64,000 nucleotides of DNA from Patescibacteria group bacterium (GTDB lineage: Bacteria > Patescibacteriota > JAQUNI01). Location: assembly GCA_028717685.1 (NCBI GenBank), contig JAQUNI010000001.1, positions 481,094-545,093 of the forward strand, in the 5' to 3' direction. The position numbers and the translations under genes were made by a program. Under the pieces are notes generated by a model. It was given only the letters and a program-made list of their open reading frames with translations. It was not told the DNA's origin and searched no databases. Shown piece after piece: positions 29,130 to 38,758 of this stretch (its first letter is position 1; each line of letters opens with the position of its first letter).

Positions 29130-29537
29130 ATGAAGTTAAATTACAAAAAAATTGTTCCCATACTAAGTCTTTTCACTATAATTAGTTTGTTTGGTCTTTA
29201 TAGTTTCACAGCAATAGCAGCAGATCCAACAGACACATGGAAAGAACAAAAGATCCCCGTAACAGGCCCAGAAATGTCCACTGACGCGCCCAAGAATATG
29301 GTTACCATAGCCCTGAACTGGTTCTATATCATTGCCGCCGTTCTTTGTGTGGCTGTTATTATTTGGGCAGGAATTACCTATGCGACCGCAGGTGGCGACG
29401 AGGAAAAGGTGGGGAAAGCAAAAAATCGTCTTATTTACGGCATCATTGGGGTAGCCTTGATTATCGGCGCTTACGCGATTACCCAACTGATTAAAAGTGC
29501 GATGTCTGGTACAGCACCAGCAGCGCCAACATTGTAA
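29130..29537 (+). CDS. TrbC/VirB2-like pilin
   Basis: WAGITYATAGGDEEKVGKAKNRLIYGIIG; strong GGAGGTG ribosome-binding site. Confidence 0.85.
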   Translation: MKLNYKKIVPILSLFTIISLFGLYSFTAIAADPTDTWKEQKIPVTGPEMSTDAPKNMVTIALNWFYIIAAVLCVAVIIWAGITYATAGGDEEKVGKAKNRLIYGIIGVALIIGAYAITQLIKSAMSGTAPAAPTL

Positions 29538-29584
29538 TAACCAAGACAAATAACTAAATATAATCAAAAAAGGAGGTGAGAACA

Positions 29585-30010
29585 ATGTACAAACGCAAAC
29601 TGAAAAATCTGTTAATGTTATGCATTATTGCCTTAGTTTTAACAGGCCCGAGTTTGGTTTCCATAGCCCAAGCAGCAGACACAGAGGGTACTATCCCCAC
29701 TCAAATCCCTTCTGCTGGCTTTCAAGCAAAACCTAGCGATGCAGAAGTACAGGCAGCCCCTGGTAAACTACTGACCACAGGACTAAGTTGGTTCTATGCT
29801 ATTGCCGCAATACTTTGTGTGGCTGTTATTATTTGGGCAGGAATTACCTATGCGACCGCAGGTGGCGACGAGGAAAAGGTGGGGAAAGCAAAAAATCGTC
29901 TTATTTACGGCATCATTGGGGTAGCCTTGATTATCGGCGCTTACGCGATTACCCAACTGATTAAGAGTGCGATGTCTGGCAACGCACCAACAGCACCGAC
30001 ATTGCAGTAA
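29585..30010 (+). CDS. TrbC/VirB2-like pilin (core identical to the previous gene)
   Basis: AGGAGGTG precedes ATG at 29585; same core sequence. Confidence 0.85.
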   Translation: MYKRKLKNLLMLCIIALVLTGPSLVSIAQAADTEGTIPTQIPSAGFQAKPSDAEVQAAPGKLLTTGLSWFYAIAAILCVAVIIWAGITYATAGGDEEKVGKAKNRLIYGIIGVALIIGAYAITQLIKSAMSGNAPTAPTLQ

Positions 30011-30023
30011 AAAGAACTAAAAT

Positions 30024-30065
30024 AAACAAAAACAGACTATCCGTTAACGGGTCTGTTTTTGTTTT
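30024..30065 (+). terminator. Intrinsic terminator after the two near-identical pilins
   Basis: AAACAAAAACAGAC ... GTCTGTTTTTGTTTT. Confidence 0.7.
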
Positions 30066-30133
30066 GCGCAGTTTAGAAATTTCAATTATAATAAAGGCAA
30101 GGTAATAATTCTACCCAAATAAAAAACAAAATT

Positions 30134-30598
30134 ATGTCTAAAATTATCAAAAGCGCATTTTTTCTAATTCTCCTAACCGCGCCTTTGTTCTTTGCTCAAG
30201 GCGCCGGAGAAGAACCTGAATATTATTGCACCAAAAAACAAGACAATGGCGAATTGAAAAAATGCACCTCCAATGCGCAATGCGTGGGTTTGGGCACCTG
30301 CGTCAAAGTGTATCATGGCGGTTTTCAGCCAGCATACAATCCCGATACCCCTAAAGCATGGATTACAGCAGGTTTAAACTGGTTCTTAGCCCTCGCCGCG
30401 ATTCTCTGTGTTGCCGTTTTGGTTTGGGCTGGTATTACTTATGCCACAGCCGGCGGAGATGAAGACAAAGTAGAAAAAGCCAAGAAGAGAATGATTTATG
30501 GAGTAATTGGGGTTGCTTTTATTATTGGCGCTTTTGCAATTACCCAGCTCATCAAAACTGGCCTAGAAGGGAATCTGCCTACTAGCCCCGCTTTGTAA
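30134..30598 (+). CDS. TrbC/VirB2-like pilin with Cys-rich N-terminal domain
   Basis: C......C....C.....C motif, then WAGITYATAGGDEDKV.KAK core. Confidence 0.85.
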   Translation: MSKIIKSAFFLILLTAPLFFAQGAGEEPEYYCTKKQDNGELKKCTSNAQCVGLGTCVKVYHGGFQPAYNPDTPKAWITAGLNWFLALAAILCVAVLVWAGITYATAGGDEDKVEKAKKRMIYGVIGVAFIIGAFAITQLIKTGLEGNLPTSPAL

Positions 30599-30630
30599 TA
30601 ACAAAACTGGCAATAAAAATATCAAAACTT

Positions 30631-30927
30631 ATGTTGGAATTGCCCTCCATTGATACCTACAACCTTTCCGCCCAAGTCTCCCGATTTGCCAATGAGAGCT
30701 TGATTACTTACCTTATTGGTCTCCCGATTATCTTTGGCATTTTGCTTTTGATTTACGGCATTTTTAAATTTGTATTTGCCGGTTCTTGCAAGCCGGATAA
30801 GGACGATGCGAGAAGATTGCTTTGGGTTTCTATAATCATCATTATCGTAGCAATCTTGGCTTACGCGATTTATTTTTGGATCTACGGCGCCGCGAACTCC
30901 GCTACTTTGCCTAATGCCGTAGAATAG
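30631..30927 (+). CDS. Divergent pilin-like two-TM protein
   Basis: IYG..KFVFAG......ARRLL pattern. Confidence 0.6.
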   Translation: MLELPSIDTYNLSAQVSRFANESLITYLIGLPIIFGILLLIYGIFKFVFAGSCKPDKDDARRLLWVSIIIIIVAILAYAIYFWIYGAANSATLPNAVE

Positions 30928-30938
30928 CATTCCCTATG

Positions 30939-30967
30939 GTAGAGACGTTGCAATGCAACGTCTCTAC
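30939..30967. repeat. GTAG-type REP palindrome
   Basis: GTAGAGACGTTGCA-A-TGCAACGTCTCTAC perfect inverted repeat. Confidence 0.75.
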
Positions 30968-31074
30968 TTTTTTTATCTTTGACAAAAAAGAGGAAATCAT
31001 TGACAATGTAGAAAGAAACGCTACTCCCACCCCCTCCACCTCCCCCTCTGGCAGGGGGAGAGGAACTCTTTTTT

Positions 31075-31158
31075 GCTCCCGTGGCGGAATTGGCATACGC
31101 GTAGCGCTTAGAACGCTATCCCTGAAAAGGGTTGCAGGTTCAAATCCTGCCGGGAGCA
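31075..31158 (+). tRNA. tRNA-Leu(TAG)
   Basis: GCTCCCG/CGGGAGC acceptor, TAGCG-CT TAG AA-CGCTA, variable arm. Confidence 0.93.
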
Positions 31159-31174
31159 CACTTTTACGGTGTAA

Positions 31175-31283
31175 TAGTTAAAAGTTCAAGGTGCAAAATT
31201 CAAAGTTGCAGTTTAAAGTTCAAAATTGAAAAACTTACAACTTTGAATTCAACTTTTCACTTTGAACTTTGAACTATTAACTA
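31175..31283. repeat. AT-rich heptamer-periodic inverted-repeat array (one example of about 20 in the window)
   Basis: AAGTTCA-like units in the left arm and TGAACTT-like units in the right arm. Confidence 0.75.
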
Positions 31284-31320
31284 AGTTGCAGATCCTTCCC
31301 CCGGCACAAAAACACCTCCG

Positions 31321-32568
31321 TCATTGCTTCGCCCCTGCGGTGGTCACGATGACGACAGCGACTATTATCCAAAACAGCACCGACAAATCATTTTTAAAAT
31401 AAGGCGTGTCCACAAGACCGTGCACCAGCAACGCTATCATTGCCGCTAAGGCGTATTCCACTATGGGATCATCTTTCTTTTGCCAGCCTTGTTTGAAGAA
31501 GATAATAATGAGCCAGATAAAACTTGCTAAACCCAAAATACCCATCTCAATCCATAGAGCGAGATACAGATTGTGCGGTTTGACTACCAACCATTCCAAA
31601 GGCGGAAAAGCAACTCGCGGCACATATTCGCGGTAGGAGGCTTCAAAATTCCCCAATCCCACACCCCAAAAAGGGTGTTCTTTTATAATAAGAAGCGAAG
31701 TCTGCCAAATTTCCGCGCGAGTAGAAGAGGAGGTGCGAGTGCTAAAATCCAAAAGCCGTCCGAATTTGGGCGACTCGGATTCGCTAATGCTTACCAAAAT
31801 TACAAGCAGGGCAAAAATCAAGAGATATTTTAATCTTTTTATCGGGATTTTAATTCTAGACCAAAGGAAAACGAGAGCGCCGAACAATCCCAGCCAACCG
31901 CCATAAGATTTAGTGAAATAGAGAGCGAGAAGAACTGCAATAAATAATAGGTAATAGGTAATCAGTAAAAATTTGGAGCGCACTTTTTTCCAAAAAGTGA
32001 AAGATAGAACCAAAATAGGTGCCACATACATCGCGACATAATTTGCCGGAACAAAAAACGAGTTCAACCGACCATCCGAATCAAGACCTACCCGAAAAAT
32101 ATACTCGTAAAGCCCATAAATCGCAATGTAAGAAGCGGAAAGAAATAATGTGAGAACAACTGCCTTAATCTCTTTTTTTCTTCTTACAAGATCTAAAAAT
32201 AGAATTAAGACCAAAAGGGGATTAAGAAACCAACCCTTTAAAACCCCCAAACTCAATCTTTTATCCGGGGAAATGACGGTCGCGAGAATTGCTGCCCCGA
32301 AAAACAAAGCTAGGGGGATAAAAAAAGGACGGATGACGCGATAAACTCGCCTTATTTTTTTAATTAAATTTTTAGAAAAAATCGCTTTGAACAGCCAAAC
32401 TAGAAAAACAAAATAAATGGATAGTTCTAAAAAAGTGGTAGGAATGAAAAAAATCTCTCTCCGGATTAAATAAGTAGGAAGCAGAAACAAAATCAAATAC
32501 AAACCCCAGCGGGTTTTAAATAAAGATATTATTAGGATAAATAGCAGAAAGAGTGTGAAGTATAGCAT
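31321..32568 (-). CDS. O-antigen ligase (Wzy_C) family membrane protein
   Basis: Many TM helices, TKSYGGW, R..IW, PFWGVG.GNF, PHNLYL...E.GILG; start reassigned to MLYFT. Confidence 0.85.
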   Translation of the reverse strand: MLYFTLFLLFILIISLFKTRWGLYLILFLLPTYLIRREIFFIPTTFLELSIYFVFLVWLFKAIFSKNLIKKIRRVYRVIRPFFIPLALFFGAAILATVISPDKRLSLGVLKGWFLNPLLVLILFLDLVRRKKEIKAVVLTLFLSASYIAIYGLYEYIFRVGLDSDGRLNSFFVPANYVAMYVAPILVLSFTFWKKVRSKFLLITYYLLFIAVLLALYFTKSYGGWLGLFGALVFLWSRIKIPIKRLKYLLIFALLVILVSISESESPKFGRLLDFSTRTSSSTRAEIWQTSLLIIKEHPFWGVGLGNFEASYREYVPRVAFPPLEWLVVKPHNLYLALWIEMGILGLASFIWLIIIFFKQGWQKKDDPIVEYALAAMIALLVHGLVDTPYFKNDLSVLFWIIVAVVIVTTAGAKQ

Positions 32569-32665
32569 AAATTTTGGAATTAGGAATAATGAATTGGGAA
32601 TAAGGAATAGCATCATATCTATTTTTTCACTCCTGATTCCTGCTTCCGAATTCCAAATTCATTCC

Positions 32666-34066
32666 TTATTTATCATTGACGCATGAAACTGATGTAAATT
32701 CTTGACTCTTTCCTTTGTCAGGACTTTTAGTCCTTATCACCAACGCCAGAAATATCCAAATCACTTCCATAAAATGCGGATACAAAAGACTATTGGTAAA
32801 TTGGGAGTGAACGAGCATTCCGGACAACGCGCCAAGCATTCCTAAGCCCAAAGCCGCGGCGACTTTATTATCGCTCTTCTCGCGCCACGCTTTGAAACTT
32901 ACCCAAAACATAGCGCCCAAAAGCCATAAATAAGCTAAAAAACCAAAGATCCCAGTCGTTACCAAAATGGTCAAAAAAGAGGAATCGCTGCCAAAATCGG
33001 AATGGCTCGCTTCGGATCCAATCTTACCATATTCCGATTGGACATATTTAAAGGTGTTAAAACCCACGCCCAAAAAAAGATGGTCACGGGCGATCTCCCA
33101 AGTCGCGAGCCAAGAAGCAATCCTCGCTTGCGCGGTCACGTCAATCTCGGTTGCCCCGGCTAATCTTGTTTGCAAACGATCCGAAACCCCAACTAAAATT
33201 AAAAGAGCCGCGAGACCTCCTAACAGCAGCTTTTTGGACTTTAAAATGCCTAAAACCAAGAGCGTCGCCAAAAAAGCCAAAAAGGCGCTGCGTGAATAAG
33301 TAAGAATCAGGGCGCCAAACAAAACCAATCCTAAAATCGCCAAGAATAATCTGTATTTGCGATTTTGGGAGTACAAGAAAAAGCTTAAGACAAAACTCAA
33401 AATAAAAACAAAAAAACCGCCCATAAAATTCGGGTCAAACCAAGTGGAGAGCAGGCGCTTGATATGGGGATCCCACCCCGCTTTTGCCGCCATAGCGGAA
33501 AAATCAGGGACAAAAATATATTGCAAAAAGCCCAAAATAGCCAAAATAAAGGAACAAACGAAAATCCAGGCGATATATTTTTTAATCTCTTTCGCGCCCT
33601 TCGCCACATCCAAGACGATATAAAACAACAAAGCATATTCCAAAAACCGCAGGTAGTAAAAACTGGAAACTAAAGCCTCTCCCCAAGCAAGATTACGTAT
33701 GCCCCAAATTAAAGAAATTAAAGCTATACCCAAGAAAATAAAGAGAGGCGCGTTGAGGGGCGTGGATTGAATTTTGAAATCGCGCTTGACCAATTTTCCA
33801 AAAATCCAGCAAAGAATCATTACCGGAATAATCATATCGTTGGGCAGAAAAAAACTCTCCGTGCTAGGCAAAGGAATGCGCACTAATTGACCTAAAACTA
33901 AAGAAAAAATCACCAAGACTAAACCGAATTTGAAATCCAGGAAAATTAAAAAGCCCAAAAGCAAACCGAGGCAGGCTAAAAAGCCCAAAAGGGGATTGTA
34001 AGCCAACAGGAAAGAAACGACTCCAACGCATAAAAGAATGGCTATAACTTTAGCAGGTTTAAACAT
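32666..34066 (-). CDS. O-antigen ligase (Wzy_C) family membrane protein
   Basis: RL.ST..DPN, TYSRSA, R..SW, LGVGFN. Confidence 0.85.
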   Translation of the reverse strand: MFKPAKVIAILLCVGVVSFLLAYNPLLGFLACLGLLLGFLIFLDFKFGLVLVIFSLVLGQLVRIPLPSTESFFLPNDMIIPVMILCWIFGKLVKRDFKIQSTPLNAPLFIFLGIALISLIWGIRNLAWGEALVSSFYYLRFLEYALLFYIVLDVAKGAKEIKKYIAWIFVCSFILAILGFLQYIFVPDFSAMAAKAGWDPHIKRLLSTWFDPNFMGGFFVFILSFVLSFFLYSQNRKYRLFLAILGLVLFGALILTYSRSAFLAFLATLLVLGILKSKKLLLGGLAALLILVGVSDRLQTRLAGATEIDVTAQARIASWLATWEIARDHLFLGVGFNTFKYVQSEYGKIGSEASHSDFGSDSSFLTILVTTGIFGFLAYLWLLGAMFWVSFKAWREKSDNKVAAALGLGMLGALSGMLVHSQFTNSLLYPHFMEVIWIFLALVIRTKSPDKGKSQEFTSVSCVNDK

Positions 34067-34200
34067 GAAAAATGTCTAATTATCCTAAATAACAATAGTT
34101 AACTTTCAAATTTTTATAACTTATAACTTGAAACGTGTAACCCAAGACTTGAGTTACACGTTATAGGTTACAAGTTTAATGTACGAGGTCAATTAGGAAT

Positions 34201-35286
34201 TTATATCCGTTCTAATATTTTTAGAATCTCCCTTGCTGTTTGCTCCCAACTAAACTTTTTTACTCTCTCCCGCCCTAATCTAGCTAATCTAACCCTTAAT
34301 TCCTGATTGGTCAATATCCGCTCCAGCGCCTCGGCAATCTCCGCTACATTTCTGGGATTAACCAATAAAGCCGCTCCTCCTGCCACTTCAGGCAGAGAAG
34401 AAAGGTTGCTTGTGATTACAGGAGCGCCGCAAGCCATTGCTTCCAAAGGAGGCAAACCAAAACCTTCATATAAAGAAGGAAAGACAAAAACAGCGGCTAA
34501 ATGGTAAAGGGCAATGAGGTCTTTTCTCTCAATATAGCCCAAAAAATGCACATACCGCTCAAGATTTAATTGCCGGACCCTCTGGAAAATTCCCTCATAG
34601 TACCAACCCTTTTTACCCGCGATTACTAAGCCATATTCTTCTTTTAAGGGGAATCTCTGGTAAGCCTCTAATAAACGAATGAGATTTTTTCTGGGCTCCA
34701 AGGTGCCCGCGAAAAGAATAAATTCTGAAGGCAAATTATATTTCTGTCTCACTTCCGCCAAAAAAGAAGGGGATTTTTGTTGATATTGATCCGCGGCTAA
34801 ATAAACCACATTTATTTTAGAAGAGGGAAGGGAAAACAATCTTCGCAGGTCTCTTTTGGTAGCATTAGAAATCGCAATTACCCTCTCACTCTTGGCAAGC
34901 GCTCTTTTTAAGAAACATCTCTCCAAAAAAACCGCCTTGGGATTATGCTTTTGAGGGAACAAAAAGGTAACTAAATCAGGAGTAAACACAACCGAGTTTT
35001 TAACCCCTAAAGCGGGAAGAATGTAACTAACTAGCGCTAAATAAACATCGGGTTTTAAAATCAATTCTAGATCCAGCCAAACAAAAAGGTGCCATAGAAT
35101 GCCCGGCAATCGCACTCTTCTTATCTTGAAATTGGCGCCAAAGCGGCAAGGAAATTTTTCTCTGGAATATAAAAAATATTGATTCCGAGAATCAATTTTC
35201 GCTAAATGCTTAATTATTTGATAACTATATTCTCCCTTACCCGTCCGCGCGCCCGCAATCGCACGGGCATCTATGGCGATACGCAT
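34201..35286 (-). CDS. GT4 glycosyltransferase (mannosyltransferase-like)
   Basis: [33 protein letters not shown]. Confidence 0.9.
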   Translation of the reverse strand: MRIAIDARAIAGARTGKGEYSYQIIKHLAKIDSRNQYFLYSREKFPCRFGANFKIRRVRLPGILWHLFVWLDLELILKPDVYLALVSYILPALGVKNSVVFTPDLVTFLFPQKHNPKAVFLERCFLKRALAKSERVIAISNATKRDLRRLFSLPSSKINVVYLAADQYQQKSPSFLAEVRQKYNLPSEFILFAGTLEPRKNLIRLLEAYQRFPLKEEYGLVIAGKKGWYYEGIFQRVRQLNLERYVHFLGYIERKDLIALYHLAAVFVFPSLYEGFGLPPLEAMACGAPVITSNLSSLPEVAGGAALLVNPRNVAEIAEALERILTNQELRVRLARLGRERVKKFSWEQTAREILKILERI

Positions 35287-35559
35287 ACTGTGAAAAATTA
35301 GTAAACCTTAAATTACTAAATGCATCGTCTGTTAGCGAGGGATGTTCCCTCCCCTTACCAAGGGGAGACGGGGAGGGGTCTAATTTATATCTAGATGTTT
35401 ATAGCTAGATGACCATTCTCCCTCCCCCTCCATCTCCCCCTCGGGCAGGGGGAGTGTAATCAGGCTTCTCGCTAATGGACAGAATAAATTTCGTAATTTA
35501 AGGGTAGTAAACGGTAAAAATTACTAATTAACTAATTACTAGTTACTGATTACCAATTA

Positions 35560-36468
35560 CTAACTATCATTTACCCTTTTATAACGCGCAAAACCTTTAA
35601 ACTTTCCTCGCACCCGCTGCCAATACTCCCGCTCGATAAGAGCAAGCAGACTATAAATGAAAATCTGCCAAGCCTGATAAGAGAAAAAGGCGATAAAGGT
35701 AAAAATATTTTGAAAAGCAATATTTTTTAAACCGAAATAAACCTCATTAGCTCTTAAGTTCTTCATTGCTTCAAGGGGAGCAAGGCGCCCCCCTGGGGAA
35801 TAGGAATGAACAACAAAAGCCTGACCATTGTAAAAGACTTTCCCCCCTCTATGCTTAATACGAAGGCATAAATCCGGCTCTTCCAGATTGGGACCGGGCA
35901 AAAAGTTTTTCTCAAACCCTCCCACCTCTTGAAAATAAGAGTTTCGCACTGCAAGGTTGCCAGCGCCGCCCCAATCGCAAAATCCTTGGGTAGCAAGGGA
36001 GAGACGCGCGTCCACGCGACCATTAAAATAAATCGTGCCGCCTGCTCTTTTACGACATAACAAATAAAACGGATAAAAAGGCAAATTTAAAATTATATCA
36101 GAAAATGCGCCCTGTTTGCTTTGCAAACGTTTCTCCACAATTCTACCCGCAACAACCACTATCTCTCTATTCTTGAAAGGTTTCGCGATCTCCGCGAGCC
36201 AATGAGGAGAGGGGGCACAGTCGTCATCTAAAAAAGCTAATACTTCCCCCCGAGCTATCCTCGCTCCCGCGTTTTTAGCCCTTCCAGGACCAATACTACC
36301 GCGGGTCGCAATCACTTTAACTCCTTGAAACTTATTTGGCGCCCCGGTGCGACTGTCATTAACAACAATAATCTCCTTAGGCTTCAAGGTCTGCTTTTTT
36401 AAACCCTCTAAGCACAGATTAAGTTCGCGCGCCCTGCCGCAAGTAGGAATAATAACCGAGATTTGCAT
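35560..36468 (-). CDS. GT2 glycosyltransferase
   Basis: ISVIIPT, N.GA..A.G....FLDDD, GGF. Confidence 0.88.
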   Translation of the reverse strand: MQISVIIPTCGRARELNLCLEGLKKQTLKPKEIIVVNDSRTGAPNKFQGVKVIATRGSIGPGRAKNAGARIARGEVLAFLDDDCAPSPHWLAEIAKPFKNREIVVVAGRIVEKRLQSKQGAFSDIILNLPFYPFYLLCRKRAGGTIYFNGRVDARLSLATQGFCDWGGAGNLAVRNSYFQEVGGFEKNFLPGPNLEEPDLCLRIKHRGGKVFYNGQAFVVHSYSPGGRLAPLEAMKNLRANEVYFGLKNIAFQNIFTFIAFFSYQAWQIFIYSLLALIEREYWQRVRGKFKGFARYKRVNDS

Positions 36469-37886
36469 TATTTTTTAATACTCAAAGATTCTTTGAGGAT
36501 ATCTTTAGGCAAGCCGCCAAGCAGATACAGCACCGCCAGATAGAGCGTTGCGCCGCAGACAAACCTGACTACAAAATTCCAAGAGGGAAACAGGATGAAA
36601 AACAAAAAAAGCACCGCGCCTGCTACTATGCTTCGCCCTAAAATTCCTTTTCTCCAGGGTAAATGATATGATTTTCTGATAATATAAAAACTCCAAATCA
36701 AAATTAAAAGTTCCACTAAAACCGTAGTCACCGCCGCCCCGATGTAAGAAAAAGAGGGGATTAGGATTAAATCCAGAAAGACTGCAAAAATAGCGCCTGT
36801 TAAATATCCCCAAATCATCTTCTTTTGCTGATCCAACGCCACAATAAGGTGAGACGGCAAAGCGGCAAGAAAAATAATCCCAACGGCAATACTTAAAATC
36901 TGAAGCACTCTTATGGAAGGATCAAAGTCAGGACCAGAGATAATATGGATCATTTGAGGCGCGAAGAAAAAGATACAGATGGCAAGGGGCACCGTGCCCA
37001 CAATCAAAAAATCAAAGCTTTTCTGGAAAATGCGCTGGAAACGCGCGGGGTCGCTGTCCCGATGCAAAGAAAACTGCGGCAAAACCAAACTGCAAAACAG
37101 AATCGGAAAGGCGATCAAAAGCTCCAAAATTTTGTAAGCCGCGCCGTAAATTCCCACATCCGCCTCGGGTTTCAAAAGGGATAGAATAATCGTGTCGAAC
37201 TTAAAATAAATCAAGTTAAAAACCATGGAAAGAGCGAGAGGCCAAGAACGGTGAAAAATATATTTCCAAACCTTGGAATCAGCCTCAAAGCGGATTTTAG
37301 CATAGGGCAGGGTAAATAAATAAACCAAAAGCGACTGTACAAGATTGCCCCAAGCCACCGCCCAGACAATACTCAATAACCCCTTTGCTTTCCAAACTGA
37401 CCACAAAACCAGCCCCAGAGTCAGGAGACGCCCTAAAATCTCCGCCAAAACCAGCTTTGAAGTTTTTAATTCACGAAAAAACAAACCGTCAAAAACATGG
37501 CGGAAAGAAAGGAGGAAAAAAGCAAAACAATCTACGGCGATGGCTTGCTTCACAAGCGCGGGGTAAGGCATTAAGAAACCCACCAAAGCTCCTAAACCTA
37601 AAATAGCCGCCGAAGTAAATATTCTCAAAGAGAAGGCGTTGGATAAAAACTTATTTAAGTTTAAATTTTTCTTGCCAATTTCATTGGTAACAACCAAAGA
37701 AATACCCATACCGGCAATGGTGGAAAAAAAGCCAGAAAAAGCCATTACGGTCGTATATTGGCCAAATCCCGCCCTGCCAAGGTAGCGCGCTGTTGCTGCG
37801 ATTACTCCAAAACCAATAAAAGCCGAGAGCACCCTGCCCACGGATTGCACCAAAGTATTGTAAGCGATTTTGCGTGTTAGAGACAT
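36468..37886 (-). CDS. Wzx-type polysaccharide flippase
   Basis: ARYLG...FG.Y, D.I.LS, VGIY.AAYK, LIP.....GAA; about 14 TM helices. Confidence 0.88.
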   Translation of the reverse strand: MSLTRKIAYNTLVQSVGRVLSAFIGFGVIAATARYLGRAGFGQYTTVMAFSGFFSTIAGMGISLVVTNEIGKKNLNLNKFLSNAFSLRIFTSAAILGLGALVGFLMPYPALVKQAIAVDCFAFFLLSFRHVFDGLFFRELKTSKLVLAEILGRLLTLGLVLWSVWKAKGLLSIVWAVAWGNLVQSLLVYLFTLPYAKIRFEADSKVWKYIFHRSWPLALSMVFNLIYFKFDTIILSLLKPEADVGIYGAAYKILELLIAFPILFCSLVLPQFSLHRDSDPARFQRIFQKSFDFLIVGTVPLAICIFFFAPQMIHIISGPDFDPSIRVLQILSIAVGIIFLAALPSHLIVALDQQKKMIWGYLTGAIFAVFLDLILIPSFSYIGAAVTTVLVELLILIWSFYIIRKSYHLPWRKGILGRSIVAGAVLFLFFILFPSWNFVVRFVCGATLYLAVLYLLGGLPKDILKESLSIKK

Positions 37887-38048
37887 ATTGGGAAAAACTC
37901 TTCTAGTTGACGTAACGTCCAAATATTACTATATTCTAGCCAAAAAAACAATAGGACAGGATAATTAAGGCATACTAAAAAGACCCCCTACGGAGCCAAA
38001 AGAATAGTCTGCCCTACACGATGCGATAATTTCATCATCTATGTTAAA

Positions 38049-38588
38049 TTATCCTTCCGCTGCCGCCGCTCCGGCAGGCAAAACCTCTCTCTTTTTCTGC
38101 CAAATTTTAAAACCTTTCTTTATCGGCAGTACGTTATCCCGCACGATTACTGCCTCTTTTTTCAGAGCGACTACCTGATCCTTATGAATGATGAGCTGTC
38201 CTTTAAGCATATTGGCAAGCAAACCTGTTTTAACATAATATTTGACCACTTGACCGTCAAGATCATCAAACTCAAAATCCCTGATTTCGCCCAGAATATC
38301 GCCGCTCTCCGTCACGGCTTGATTTTTTAAGATTGCGAATTTCTCCCGGTCTAACGCTGAAACATGAGCATCTTTCTCAATCGGCGCGATGGAATTGGGA
38401 AAAGCCGCAATTTTATTATCCGCGATATTTTTAATATTAGAGAACAAGATATAACTCTCTTTATTGATCTTGAAAGCATATATTCTTCCTGTTTCCCTGA
38501 CAATAAAAAAGCCCTTAACTATTCCTTCAAAGGGTCCCGCAGAGTCTTCAATCTTTCGGTTCAAAATTTTTTGGGCGGATAAAAGCAT
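38049..38588 (-). CDS. Tandem PRC-barrel domain protein
   Basis: VTESGDILGEIRDFEFD...G pattern, present twice in divergent form. Confidence 0.7.
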   Translation of the reverse strand: MLLSAQKILNRKIEDSAGPFEGIVKGFFIVRETGRIYAFKINKESYILFSNIKNIADNKIAAFPNSIAPIEKDAHVSALDREKFAILKNQAVTESGDILGEIRDFEFDDLDGQVVKYYVKTGLLANMLKGQLIIHKDQVVALKKEAVIVRDNVLPIKKGFKIWQKKREVLPAGAAAAEG

Positions 38589-38758
38589 AGTGAAAAAATT
38601 AACCTAATTATTCTAATTAACCTAATTGACCTAAATAAATCAGGAATACCCAAATCCCAATGAACAAAATTAATTATCAAGTAAGAATTATTGGGTGATT
38701 CAAGATTTGTTCATTGTTTAGAATAATTAGAGCAATTAGAATAATTAGAAATTTTCAT

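Noticed and set aside
29343-29964. Pilin duplicate as a diversity-generating retroelement TR/VR pair
   Set aside because: The copies are identical rather than differing at adenines, both are coding, and no reverse transcriptase is present.
30911-31181. ORFs of 81-82 aa on both strands
   Set aside because: They span a REP palindrome and tRNA-Leu.
32569-32616. N-terminal extension MMLFLIPNSLFLIPKF of the ligase ORF (likewise the extensions on yebC, rpmH and the IMPase)
   Set aside because: These are read-through of repeat arrays or leaders; conserved starts lie downstream.
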